A DNA stretch of 64,000 bases. It comes from the human T2T-CHM13v2.0 reference genome, Homo sapiens. A model generated the notes under the pieces. That model was not told where the DNA came from. It worked only from the letters and a program-made list of their open reading frames with translations, and ran no database searches. Shown here in pieces: positions 37,129 through 50,180 of this stretch. The DNA is taken from NCBI RefSeq assembly GCF_009914755.1, contig NC_060947.1, one strand, 5' to 3'. The position numbers were made by a program, and so were the translations under genes. How positions within the stretch are numbered: the stretch's first letter is position 1; every line of letters starts with the position of its first letter.

Positions 37129-40100
37129 GTTCATATTCCTTGGACACTTTTTGATGGGGTTGTTTGTTTTTTTCTTGTAAATTTGTTTAAGTTCCTTGTA
37201 AATTCTAGATATTAGCCCTTTGTCAGATGGGTAAATTGAAAAATGTTTTTCCTATTCTGTAGGTTGCCTGGTGACTCTGGTGATAGTTTTTTTTTGGCTG
37301 TGCAGCAGCTGTTTAGTTTAATTAGATCCCATTAGTCAATTTTGTGTTTTGTTGCCATTGCTTTTGGTGTTTTAGTCATGAAGACTTTACCCATGCCTAT
37401 GTCCTGAATGGTATTGTCTAGGTTTTCTTCTAGCGTTTTTATGGTTTTAGGTCTTACATTTAAGTTTTTAAACCCTCTTGAGTTAATTTTTGTATAAGGT
37501 GTAAGAAAAGGGTCCATTTTCAGTTTTCTGCATATGGCTAGCCAGTTTTCCCAGCACCATTTATTAAATAGGGGATCCTTTCCCCATTGCTTGTTTTTGT
37601 CAGGTTTGCCAAAGATCAGATGGTTGTAGATGTGTGGTGTTATTTCTGAGGCCTCTGTTCTGTTCCCTTGGTCTACACATCTATTTTGGTACCAGTACCA
37701 TGCTGTTTTGCTTAATATAGGCTTGTAGCATAGTTTGAAGTCAGATAGCATGATGCCTCCAGCTTTGTTCCTTTTGCTTAGGATTGTCTTGGCTATGCAG
37801 ACTCTTTTTTGGTTCCATATGAAGTTTAAATTAGTTTTTTCTAATTCTTTGAAAAAAGTTAGTGGTAGCTTGATGGGGATAGCATTGAATCTATACATTA
37901 CTTTGGGCAGTATGGCCATTTTCACTATGTTGTTTCTTCCTATCTATGAGCATGGAATGTTTTTTCCATTTCTTTGTGTCCTCTCTAATATCCTTGAGCA
38001 GTGTTGTGTAGTTTTCCTTGAAGAGGTCCTTCACCTCCCTTGTAAGTTGTATTCCTAGGTATTTTATTCTTTTTGTAGCAACTGAGAATTGGAATTCACT
38101 CATGATTTGGCTCTCTGTTTGTCTATTATTGGTGTATAAGAATTCTTGTGATTTTTGCACATTGATTTTGTATCCTGAGACTTTGCTGAAGTTGCTTATC
38201 AGCTTAAGGAGACTTTGAGCCAAGACAATGCGGTTTTCTTAATATAGAATCATGTCTTCTGCCAACAGAGACAATGTGACTTCCTCTCTTCCTATTTGAA
38301 TACCCTTTCTTTCTTTCTCATGCCTGATTGCCCTGGTCAGAACTTTCAATATTATGTTGAATAGGAGTGGCAAGAGAGGGCATCTTTGTCTTGTGCCAGT
38401 TTTCAAAGGGAATGCTTCCAACTTTTGCCCATTTAGTTTGATATTGGCTGTGTGTTTGTCATAAATAGCTCTTATTATTTTGATATATGTTCCATCAATA
38501 CCTAATTTATTGAGAGTTTTTAGCATGAAGGGCTGTTGAATTTTGTCAGAGGCCTTTTCTGCATCTATTTAGAAAATCATATGTTTTTTGTCTTTGGTTC
38601 TGTTTATGTGATGGATTACATTTATTGATTTGCGTATATTGAACCACCCTTGCATTCCAGGATGAAGCAGACTTGATCATGTTGGATAAGCTTTTTGATG
38701 TGCTGCTGGATTCGGTTTGCTATTATTTTTTTTTGAGGATTTTTGCATTGATATTCATCAGGGATATTGGATGGCCTCATTAAATGAGTTAAGGAGGAGT
38801 CCCTCTTTTTCTATTGTTTGAAATAGTTTCAGAGGGAATGGTACCAGCTCCTTTTTGTACCTCTGGTAGAATTTGGCTGCGAATCCGTCTGGTCCTCGAC
38901 TTTTTTTTGGTCAGTAGGCTATTAATTACGGCCTTAATTTCAGAACTTGTTATTGATCTATTCAGGGATTCGACTTCTTTCTGGTTTAGACTTGGGAGAG
39001 TGTATGTGTCCAGGAACTTATCAATTTCTTCTGGATTTTCTAATTTATTTGCATAGAGGTGTTTATAGTGTTCTCTGATGTTAGTTTGTATTTCTGTGGG
39101 ATCAGTGGTGATATCCCCTTTATCATTTTTTACTGTGTCTGTTTGAGTCTTCTCTCTTTTCTTCTTTATAGTCTGGTTAGCAGTCTATCTATTTTGTTAT
39201 TTTTTTCAGAAAACCAGCTCCTGGATTCATTATTTTTTGGAGGGTTTTTTGTGTCTCTCTCTCCTTCAGTTCTGCTCTGATGTTAGTTATTTCTTGTCTT
39301 CTGCTAGCTTTTGAATTTGTTTGCTCTTGCTTCTTTAGTTCTTTTAATTGTGGTGTTAGGTTGTCAATTTTAGATCTTTCCCACTTTCCGATGTGGGCAT
39401 TTAGTGCTATAAATTTCCCTCTTAACACTGCTTTAAATGTGTCCCAGATGTTCTGGTACATTGTGTCTTGGTTCTCATTGGTTTCAAAGATCATCTTTAT
39501 TTCTGCCTTTATTTCGTTATTTACCCAGCAGTCATTCAGAGCAGTTGTTCAGTGTCTATGTTGTTGTGCAGTTTTGAGTGAGTTTCTTTATCCTGAGTTC
39601 TAATTTGATTGCACTTTGGTCTGAGAGACTGTTTTTTATGATTTCCATTCTTTTGCATTTGCTGAGGAGGGTTTTACTTTCAATTATGTGGTCAATTTTA
39701 GAATAAGTGCAATGTGATGCTGAGAAGAATGTATATTCTGTTGATTTGGGATGGAGACTTCTGTAGATGTCTATTAGGTCGGCTTGGTCCAGAGCTGATT
39801 CAAGTCCTGAATATCCTGGTTAATTTTCTGTCTTGTTGATCTAATATTGACAGTAGGGTGTTTAAGTCTCCTACTATTATTGTGTGGGAGTCAAAGTCTC
39901 TGTGTAGGTCTCTAAGAACCTGCTTTATGAATCTGGGTGCTCTGTATTGGGTGTATATATATTTAGGATAGTTAGCTCTTCTTGTTGTATTGATCCCTTT
40001 ACCATTATGTAGTGTCCTTCTTTGTCTTTTTTGATCTTTGTTGGTTGAAAGTCTGTTTTATCAGAGACTAGGATTGCAACCCCTGCTGTTTTTTTGCTTT

Positions 40101-41220
40101 CCATTTGCTTGGTAAATATTCCTCCCTTTTTTTTTTTTTTTTTTTTGAGTTTATGTGTGTCTTCATACATGAGATGGGTCTCCTGAATACAGCACACTGA
40201 TGGGTCTTGACTCTTTATTCAATTTGCCGGTCTGTGTCTTTTACTTGGGGCATTTAGCCCATTTACATTTAATGTTAATATTGTTATGTGTGAATTTGAT
40301 ACTCTCATTATAGTTCTAGCTGGTTATTTTGCTTCTTAGTTGATACAGTTTCTTCATAGTGTCTATTGTCTTTACAATTTGGTATGTTTTTGCAGTGGCT
40401 GTTACCAGTTTTTACTTTCCCTATTTAGTGCTTCCTTCAGGAGCTCTTATAAAGCACAGCTGGTGGTGACAAAATCTCTCAGCATTTGCTTGTCTGTAAA
40501 GGATCTTATTTCTCCTTCACTTATGAAGCTTAGTTTGGCTGGATATGAAATTCTGGGTTGAAAATTCTTTTCTTTAAGAATGTTGAATATTGACTCCCAC
40601 TTTCTTCTGGCTTGTAGAGTTTCTGCTGAGAGATCTGCTGTTAATCTGTTGGGCTTCCCTTTGTGGGTAACCCGACCTTTCTCTCTGGCTGCCCTTAACA
40701 TTTTTTTCTTCATTTCAACCTTGGTGAATCTGAATATTATGTGTCTTGGCATTGCTCTTCTCGAGGGATATCTTTGTGGTGTTCTCTGTATTTCCTGAAT
40801 TTGAATGTTGGCCTGTCTTGCTAGGTTGGGGTGTTTTCCTGCATAATATTTTGAAGAGTGTTTTCCAACTTGGTTCCATTCTTTCTGTCACTTTCAGGTA
40901 CACCAATCAAACGTAGGTTTGGTCTTTTCACATAGTCCCATATTTCTTGGAGGGTTTGTTCATTTCTTTTCATTTTTTTTCTCTAATCTTGTCTTTATGC
41001 TTTATTTCATTAAGTTGATCTTTAATTTCTGATATCCTTTCTTTTGCTTGATTGATTCAGCTTTTGATACTTGTGTATGCTTATTGAAGTTCTTGTGCTG
41101 TGTTTTTCAACTCCATCAGGTCATTTATGTTCTTCTCTAAACAGGTTATTCTAGTTTGCAATTCCTCTAACCTTTTTTCAACGTTCTTAGTTTCTTTCCA
41201 TTAGGTTAGAACATACTCAA
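37129..41220 (-). mobile_element. Older L1PA7/8-like body (element E): ORF1 plus most of ORF2, 3' end missing
   Basis: Degenerate ORF1/ORF2 peptides in the ORF track at 37332-40906. Confidence 0.9.
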
Positions 41221-42586
41221 GGAGGGTGAGCAGAAGCAGGATGGGGTGTTGCCTCACCCAGGAAGTGCAATGGGTTGGATAACTCCCTCCTTTAGCCAAG
41301 GAAAGCCTTGAGGAGCTGTGCTGTGAGGAAGGGTGCATTTTGGCCATGATACTAGGCTTTTCTCATGGTCTTTGCAACCTGCAGACCAGGAGATTCCCTT
41401 GGGTGCCTATACCACCAGGGCCCTGGGTTTCAAGCACAAAACTGGGTGGCCTTTTGGCAGACATTGAGCTAGATGTGGGATTTTTTTTTAATACCCCAGT
41501 GGTGCCTGGAACATCACTGAGACAGAATCATTCACTTCCCTGGAAAGGGGACTGAAGGCAGAAAGCCAAGTGGTATAGCTCAGCAGATCCCACACCCATG
41601 GAGCCCAGCAAGCTAAGATCCACTGGCTTGAAATTCTTGCTTGCAGCGCAGCAGTCTGAAGTCGACCTGGGATGCTCAATCTTGGTGGGGTGAGGGGGGT
41701 CTGCCATTACTGAGGCTGCAGTAGGCTGTTTTCCCCTCACAGTGTAAACGAGCCCCTGGGAAATTTGAACTGGGCAGAGCCCACCGCTGCTAGGCAAAGC
41801 TGCTGGAGCCAGCCTGCCTCTCTAGATTCCTCCTCTCTGGGCTGGGCATCTCTGAAAGAAAGGCAGCAGCCCCAGTCAGGGGCTTATAGATAAAACTCCC
41901 ATCTCTCTGGGACAGAGCAGCTGGGGGAAGGGGCGCTTGTGGGCACAGCTTCAGCAGAGTTAAACATTCCTGCCTGCTGGCTCTGAAGAGAGCAGCGGAT
42001 CTCCCAGTACAGCGTTCAAGTTCTGCTAAGGAAGAGAATGCCTCCTCAAGTGGCTTCCCGACCCCTGTTCCTCCTGACTGGGAGACACTTCCCAGCAGGG
42101 GTCGACAGACACCTCATTCAGGAGAGCTCCGGCTGGCATCTGGCTAGTTCCCCTCTGGGATGAAGCTTCCAGAGGAAGGAACAGGCAGCAATATTTGCTG
42201 TTATGAAGCCTCCGCTGGTGATATCCAGGCAAACAGGGTCTGGAGTGGATCTCCAGCAAACTCCAGCAGACCTGCAGCAGAGGGGTCTGACTGTTAGAAA
42301 GAAAACTAACAAACAGAAAGAAATAGCATCAACATCAGCAAAAAGGACATCCACACAGAAACCCCATTTGAAAATCACCAACATCAAAGGCTAAAGGTAG
42401 ATAAATCCACATAGGTGAGGAAAAACCAGTGCAAAAAGGCTGAAAATTTCAAAACCCAGAATGCCTCTTCTCCTCCAAAGGATCACAACTCCTCACTAGC
42501 AAGGGAACAAAACTGGACAGAGAATGAGTTTGATGAATTGACAGAAGTAGGCTTCAGAAAGTGGGTAATAACAAACTCCTCCAAGC
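41221..42586 (+). mobile_element. Inverted 5' segment (5'UTR plus ORF1 start) of element E
   Basis: L1PA7/8-type 5'UTR; ORF1 start RKNQCKKAENFKTQNASSPPKD ends at ctccaagct, almost exactly where the minus-strand body begins. Confidence 0.9.
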
Positions 42587-45059
42587 TTCTGAGGAAAATT
42601 TTATGTGCCTTTTTAGCTTTGAAAGTAAATCTTGCCTTAACAAGTTTACTGGAGAAGTATCACATAGTAAAACAGTGTTTTTCTGAAACGGGGCCAAAAG
42701 TTAACTGGATGGGTTCAGATATGGGAACCTCTTGAACTTGATCTGAAACCCCCACCACAGAAATGACCTTTTTACTCCGAAGAATTCGTTGGCTTATTAA
42801 AGTGGGGTTTATGGTAGATAGAGTAGTCCTAGCATCCATGGGCACTGTACACAACTCCCCATTTATTTAAACCTCTTTTTCTCCAAGTTTATTTAAAGAT
42901 ATTATGGGAAGCAGTCTACTGGAGAATCCCTCGGAGCCTCATCTGTGTTCATTATTGTCAGGAGAACTAAGGTCTCTTGGGTTTCCTCTAGTAGTGAAAC
43001 AGTTTGGCCTAGAGGAAGGCTTATTGGCGGACTGATACAAAAGTGGACAACCCCTTTTCCAGTGCCCTGGATGTTTGCAATACAGGCAGACATCTTGGGG
43101 TAAAGAACTTCTTGTTCTAGGACTTCTTGATTGTGACTTAAAATGATAACGAGAAGGTCCCTGTGGTCCCAGTCCCTGGAACTGTTGTAATTGAAGGGTC
43201 ATAAGCTTGTTAGCCTTTTGAGTTTTTTCTTGCTCTAGAGTCCTCTCAAAATGTTCAGCTAAGGCCAACAAATCAGTCATATCTGTAACTTCCCATCCCA
43301 ACTTATGTTTTTTAATTAAACTGCTAAGTTCAGGACATAGTCCATTTATAGATGGAGCAGTTAATGCCATTTCAGTCCCTGCAGGAAATACTCCTTGCTG
43401 TAGTTTGAGCCAAGAATGTTTCACAAACAATATTTCTAAGTGAATTCTGTAATCTGAAACAGGTTCGTTCTCTTTTTTGCTTACAAGATTGTGTGATGGA
43501 CCAGTTAATTTTTTAAAAAATTTTTAGGAATTGAATGTAAAAGCTCTTCAGCATTTTCTTCTAGCTACTTTTGGTCCTTCTCATGAGGAGCTCTTGGAGG
43601 AGTTTTTAATAGCCTCCTCATGTTTGTCTCATTCTACTGCCTCCATTCATTTCCGAGCTTCACTAGGCCCCAATATTATTTGAATAAATTGGTAAAGGTC
43701 AGGAAGTCTGGATCGTAAGCTGCTGTGAGGATTCTAAATTCCTCAGTAAATTTTTGAGGATTTTCCGTTGGATCAGAGAAGACCTTCAAAATGGCTCTAA
43801 GCTCAGTTTTAGACCATGGAGTGAAAGTAGTTACAGCAGGCAGACCTGGCTGATCAGAAGGTCTCACTTTATAAGGCATCTGTCTAACTTCTTTTTGTCA
43901 TCATCCTCAGGGTGAAAGAGTAATTTGCAAAAAGTTTAGTGGACTCAGAGTATGTTAGTAGAGATTGATAAAGAGAAGGAACAGTTGGGGTTAGTTCAGT
44001 CAGAGTAAAATCCTCTTTTGTCATGTCCTTGGTCAGTTGCTTAAGCTTTTCATTTGCTTTTTGCAAAGAATCTTTTTTTTGCATTTTATTTTATTTTTAT
44101 TTTTATTTTTTTTAATTATACTTTAAGTTTTAGAGTACATGTGCACAATGGGCAGGTTAGTTACATATGTATACATGTGCCATGTTGGTGTGCTGCACCA
44201 TTAACTCATCATTTAACATTAGGTATATCTCCTAATGCTATCCCTCCCCCCTCCCCCCACCCCACAACTGGCCCTGGTGTGTGATGTTCCCCTTCCTGTG
44301 TCCATGTGTTCTCATTGTTCAATTCCCACCTATGAGTGAGAACATGCGGTGTTCGGTTTTTTGTCCTTGTGATAGTTTTCTGAGAAAGATGGTTTCGAGC
44401 TTCATCCATGTCCCTACAAAGGACATGAACTCATCATTTTTTATGGCTGCATAGTATTCCATGGTGTATATGTGCCACATTTTCTTAATCCACTCTATCA
44501 TTGTCAGACATTTGGGTTGGTTCCAAGTCTTTGCTATTGTGAATAGTGTCACAATAAACATACGTGTGCATGTGTCTTTACAGCAGCATGATTTATAATC
44601 CTTTGGGTATATACCCAGTAATGGGATGGCTGGGTCAAATGGTATTTCTAGTTCTAGATCCCTGAGGAATCGCCACACTGACTTCCACAATGGTTGAACT
44701 AGTTTACAGTCCCACCAACAGTGTAAAAGTGTTCCTATTTCTCCACATCCTCTCCAGCACAAGGAGGCAATTTTTTATTCATTTAGTCTTTTAGAAGCCT
44801 CTGCATAACAATCAAAGAATACATCCCACTGTTTTTGTGGGGTTTCTGAGTCCTGTTTTTCTAATATGCCTCACAAATAAACCATTTTATTCAAATTAAA
44901 ACTTCCTTATTGCGGCCACCTTAATTCTAAGTTTTCTTTAGTGAGGTTAACCAATTTTTATAAAAATGCACATATTCAAGGCCCATAATTTTTATAAATA
45001 AAATTACCTGGAGTCCCAGAAGGTGGAGTCCCAGACTCCTTGGATTGAGATGATCCCAT
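42587..45059 (-). pseudogene. gag: Degenerate ERV gag-pro (interrupted by L1 at 44073-44760)
   Basis: ATG at 45059 (MGSSQSK, Gly2 myristoylation-like); capsid-like FTPWSKTELRAIL; CCHC knuckle CLYCKHPGHWKRGC; decayed protease active site (MDARTTLSTINP). Confidence 0.82.
44073..44760 (-). mobile_element. 5'-truncated L1PA4/5-like 3' fragment (element D)
   Basis: T-rich tail, 3'UTR, ORF2 C-terminus [16 protein letters not shown]...SLIGGN; no TSD seen. Confidence 0.93.
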
Positions 45060-45465
45060 TATTAAATAAGGTACCTATTGGAGGTCCGAGATGTCTAACT
45101 GAATCCAATTCAGTTATTTACTGAATCCAATCCCATCTTGGACCCAGTGTAGTCTAAGTATTGCTCCAGTAAACTCAGAGAGCTCAAAACACAAGTTAGT
45201 GGAGCTCGGAATCTGAGAGAAAACACCCATGACCTCCAGTTACAATCAAGAGAACAGTGAGCATAATGAGCCCGGCAGGTACCTGGCCTGGTAACCTGTT
45301 TTTTCTGGGAGTCGCCAGAGTTTTGCTTCGAAAAATCTTTTTGAAGGATTAATTAAGCCGTCATGGATTTCTTATATAAAAAGTAGAAGCAATATTATTT
45401 ATTTTATTTAATTTGAAAAGCGTTGAAAAGTAACCCATTCTTACTTTTATTTAACAAAATCAGAT

Positions 45466-45477
45466 CTTCTGACACCA
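45466..45477 (-). promoter_or_regulatory. ERV primer-binding site remnant, tRNA-Leu type
   Basis: TGGTGTCAGAAG on the minus strand, 4 nt inside the 5' LTR boundary; complementary to a tRNA-Leu 3' end ...CTTCTGACACCA. Confidence 0.75.
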
Positions 45478-45481
45478 GATC

Positions 45482-45915
45482 TGTTAAAAGAAAACTTCAG
45501 ACAAGGTAAATTTGATGGAGTTTAATTGAGCAAAGAAAAGAAACGATTCACAAATCAGGCAGCCTCCAGAATCATAGCAGATTCAGAGAGATTCCAGGGT
45601 GCCTCGTGGTCAGAACAAACTTACAGACAAAAAAGTAAAGTGACGTACAGAAATCGGAAGTGAGGTACCGAAACAGTGAGATTGGTTACAGCTTGGCATT
45701 TGCCTTATTTGAACACAGTTTAAACATTCAGTAGTCTATGGGTGGTTGAAGTATGTCCACTGGGATTGGCCAACACTCAGCTATTATTCCAAATGCATAC
45801 TATTAAGTTAGGTTTTCAAGTTTGTCTGCCTATTAAGCTAGGTAACGGTTCGTCCACAAGTACTCAAATATAGAAGGATGGAGTCTTCTCAGGCCATATT
45901 TAGTTCACTTTAACA
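45482..45915 (-). repeat. ERV 5' LTR
   Basis: Paired with 28214-28628; PBS adjacent. Confidence 0.95.
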
Positions 45916-46118
45916 CTTCCCTCCATGTGATCTTTACATGTCAGCTCCCTTTTGCCTTCTGCCATGAGTGGAAGCAGCTTAAGGATCTCTCCAGATGCAG
46001 TTGCCAGTACCATGTTTCTTGTACATCCTGCAGAACCATGAGCAAAATGAACCCCTTTTTTCTTGTAAATTACCCAGCCTCAGGTATTTCTTTACAACAA
46101 TACAAATGGACTAAGGCA
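45916..46118 (+). mobile_element. MST LTR, right part
   Basis: Ends aaatggactaaggCA; outer TSD cttcc (27721-27725) / gttcc (46119-46123). Confidence 0.85.
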
Positions 46119-46615
46119 GTTCCCTACTCAAAGATGCTGAAACTATATACATCTTTCTACCTGTTGGTGTTTTTTTCCCCCTCAGCTTGGATGTTGAGAT
46201 GTGTGAGCAGTATCTTGATTTTTCGTTATTTTTGATGTATATGTTTTGTTTGTTTACTGTTCTAGTTGTTCTGTTTTTACAGGTTATTCTGGACTGTGAT
46301 TAAAAACTATGCTGCTACTGCCATCAACTTTGCAGAATCACTGTAACAATGTTATTTTTATATAATATTTCATAACTAGGTAATTTTGGTTAGGTAAAAA
46401 TTAAGTTTAAAAAGAGCCTGGTCAAAATCAAGTCATCCTTCAAGAAAAAAGCCCTAACAGATAGTAACTCCATGAACGGCATAGATTTGGCAATTATACA
46501 AAACTTTGCCTATTTTGTACACCTTAGCAAGGAATTGCTTTTTAAGGTAATTCATATTGTGTCTATCTGTTGAAAAAAGAGGCATATTCTGTTCTGTGTT
46601 GAGAAGTATTATGTT

Positions 46616-46926
46616 TTTTGTTTTTGTTTTTGTTTTTTTTTTTTTGAGACGGAGTCTCGCTCTGTCTCCCAGACTGGAGTGCAGTGGCGCGATTTCGACT
46701 CACTGCAAGCTCCACCTCCTGGGTTCATGCCATTCCCCTGCCTCAGCCTCCTGAGTAGCTGGGACCACAGGCGCCCGCAACCACACCTGGCTAATTTTTT
46801 GTATTTTTAGTAGAGACAGGGTTTCACCGTGTTAGCCAGGATGGTCTCAATCTCCTGACCTCGTGATCCGCTCGCCTCGGCCTCCCAAAGTGCTGAGATT
46901 ACAAGCGTGAGCCACCGCGCCCAGCC
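46616..46926 (-). mobile_element. AluY
   Basis: Y diagnostics (ctgcaagctcc, ccgtgttagccaggatgg); 15-bp TSD GAGAAGTATTATGTT at 46601-46615 and 46927-46941. Confidence 0.95.
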
Positions 46927-48802
46927 GAGAAGTATTATGTTATTTGATGTTTTCGTTTTGCAGCTAATTTTGGTTGTATCCACAATATTTATTGCCTATA
47001 TAAATATTTTTAGTAGCTATTATTTTCCAAAAAACTGGCTTCATATTTTCTACGTGCAATAATGTACTTTGAAAGGTACGATGTACAGTATTTTCAAAAT
47101 TCATATATGAAACACAATATACATGCTTATCACATAAATTGTAATAACAAATTTAATAATTATATTAAGGATATATTTTGTAGGTCATTGAGTTGAGGTC
47201 TAGTGCCTAATCCTGTAACTATGAAAAACAGAGCTTTTTCATTCTGAGTGCTACCCTCTTGCAGATTTTGGACAATTACTTAAGCTGTCATGAATTTCTT
47301 ACATAAAAAGTGGAAGCAATATTATTTATTTTATTTAATTTGAAAAGAGTTAAAAAGTAACCCAGTCTTACTGTTATTTAACAAAATCACTGTAGATACT
47401 TGGCAATAAAACTAAAGAGAAAAATATTAGTGTAAGAATTTAATTAGAAGAGGAACAGACTAATCTTTTTACAAACTGTTGTACTTTGATTGGACTCACC
47501 ATTTCTTCTTTTCAGCCAGGATTTCAAGGCTAAAATATCAATAGTTTCTATAACTCTTAGTTTCTTTGCTGTAAATTTCTTTTTAAATTAAGTACCTAGT
47601 TTTGAATAACTTGCTTCTCTGTGTTTGGTTTGTCCAGTGATGTGATTTGTACTGCATTGTGAATAGTTTCCCAGAGACAAAATAATATTTACTAAGCCTT
47701 CATTTATGCTCAGCACTTTATAGAATTACAAAGAAAAAAATCCTTACCAAGGTGCTGAACAGCATCAGGATCCTGAACATCAACTGAGTTTTTCCAGAGA
47801 CCCTGATAAGTTCTTATTTATGTCTTTCACCTCTTCATTTTCTCCAAACCTCTCCTACCCCTTATTGGCTGATATCTAAAATGCCAGAATACAAATGTTC
47901 CTGGAAAAGGGAATTTATGAACTTAAGATTACATTTGATATCCTATGAATAGACCTCTGTGATTGTGACCTTATAGTTTTTTGCAAGTACCGTCAGATCA
48001 ACTGCGCAAAAGTAAAATTTAGAATTAGTTCTCTTCACTAAGCAGAGGTAGATACCTGGGATAAGATTTAGCCTTAAGCATCGGAGAGAAGTTATATCTG
48101 GCAGACAGGCATCATATCTAATTGGCAGGGCAACAGGTGGTCATTTACACAAATCGTATGAGAGGGTCCAATGGAAAGAAAGAGCATGCTCCCCAATGTA
48201 GGTCAGAGTACAAGTCTACCGAATCAAGGAACCTATGTCAATTAGAGCACAGTCAAAGCAGACGTTTAGCATCAGGAAATGTGTCACCTGATAACAAGTC
48301 AGACCTTGAGATTTGGGGAATATTATCAAGATTACATAGATGCAAGCACAGGGAACAAGATTGACATTCACCTACCACATATGGGGCAAAGTGGAAATGG
48401 GTCTCAGGAATAATGCAGAAGCCCAAATGGAAGATATGATATAGGCAACACTAGCTTAAATGTCTACAGTGGACAAACAGTTAACATGAGTATGTAAATC
48501 AGGCCAGGTCTATAAAACTAGATTAAAGAAATTGGTAATGAACTAGAAATTCAATGTCTGATCTAAAGACTTTCAAATTCAAAAAGTCAAAAAATGTTTA
48601 TCATACAAACATAAATTTTCTTCTGGCCAAATTTAACTTGTAGAGCACCAGTTTGTGAGTCCTTAGTAAATGACTGATATCAGAGGCATTGCTTCGATAA
48701 AGCTTTTACAGGGGTAGAAAGAGGACAAAAGAGTGAGCACTGGGTAGTCAGGAGAGCAAAGTTAAAAATTGGAAGCACTGAAATAAAGTTTCACCAACTT
48801 CA

Positions 48803-49096
48803 GGACTGGATGCAGTGGTTCACACCTGTAACTGCAGTGCTTTGGTAAGCTGAGGCAGAAAGACAACTTGAGGTCAGGAGTTCAAGACCAGCCTGGGCAC
48901 CATAGCAAGACCCTGTCTCTACAGACATTTTTTAAAAAGAATAGCTAGGCGTGGTGGCACATGCATGCAGTCCTAGCTACTTGGGAGGCTGAGGTGTTAG
49001 GATTACTTGAGTTCAGGAGGTCAAGGCTGCAGTGAGCTATGATCACACCACTGCACTCCAGCCTGAGTGACAGAGTGAGATCCTGTTCTCCCAAAA
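48803..49096 (+). mobile_element. AluJ
   Basis: J-type features (gaggtcaaggctgcagtgagctatgatc); degenerate TSD ending aacttca. Confidence 0.9.
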
Positions 49097-50002
49097 GAGT
49101 TTTGCTAACTTCACAATTTTGTCTCAGGCTTACCTTAATCTTAAGGAAGATAGTCTAGGTGAGAGAACAAAACATAAACAGAGGAAATGATTGAATGCTT
49201 TCCAAAAAAAAAAAAAAAAAAAAGCATGTCAGCAAGTGCAAATTCTTAAGTGCTAAGAGGGATGCTGAGTATTTGTGACCAGAGTCAGGATGGATTAATC
49301 TGGAAGAGTATGTATGGAGAGTAAATGTTCAGGCCAGTTTTGAAGGAAATAATGAGAAGACTGAAAGAAATGTTGAGAGAGCATTCATAGTAAAAGAAAT
49401 AACTTATTAAAAGACACAGAAAATTAAATATCATATAGTGGAAAGAGACTTAAATTGACAATCAAAAAGACTTAGGCTCTTGACTTGGTTTTGCTACCAA
49501 CACTCTCTGTCATTTTGGGTAAGTCCATTTCCATACCTGTGTTTTTATTCCCCATCTGGAAGTCAATCAAACAGAAGTTTGTAAATGCAAATTTCTACAG
49601 TGGCCAAGTAGCTAAATGAGTAAAAGACAGGTGGAAACCTGTCTGAGTAAAGCATGTCTGCCATGTATAAACAGACAGAAATAGCCTAGCTCCAACCATT
49701 TATGGCTAAGTGGCAATGAAGACTCAATAGTGTGATATTTCTAGAGACTCCAGAAATTTATATTTTTATGTGAAATCTTTTAATTTTTAATTTTTGACGA
49801 GGAGTTTACATGAAAACCGTATAAAGATCAAATAAAATATTTGTAAGCTATACTCTTTCTGTGAGCTACTAGGTTGCAATCTCTTGGCTAGATAGACTAT
49901 GAAGATTCTTTCCATTTCATTTTATTTATGGTTCTATGACATTAAAGTTAAGATTTAGTAAAATGGAGGGAGATACCACAAGTTCTTGAGCTCTCCTTTA
50001 TA

Positions 50003-50180
50003 GTAGAACGGCTAAAAGTATGGAATCAGAGAGCCTGTGTTTGAATCCTGACTTTGACCAAGAAGTGTGTGACCTTAAGGAAATTACATAGCCTTTCTGC
50101 AACTCAGTTTTATTTTTGGTAAAGTAAGGATAATAACAGTAATTCCATCATAGTTTTGTGAGGATTAACTGAGATAATAA
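50003..50180 (+). mobile_element. MIR SINE
   Basis: gtttgaatcctgact...tgtgtgacctt...ctcagttt...gtgaggattaactgagataat. Confidence 0.7.

Noticed and set aside
46950-50000. Possible host exons in apparently unique sequence (also 59810-63700)
   Set aside because: No recognisable protein similarity, CpG island or convincing splice-flanked ORF; a lncRNA or enhancer cannot be excluded without data
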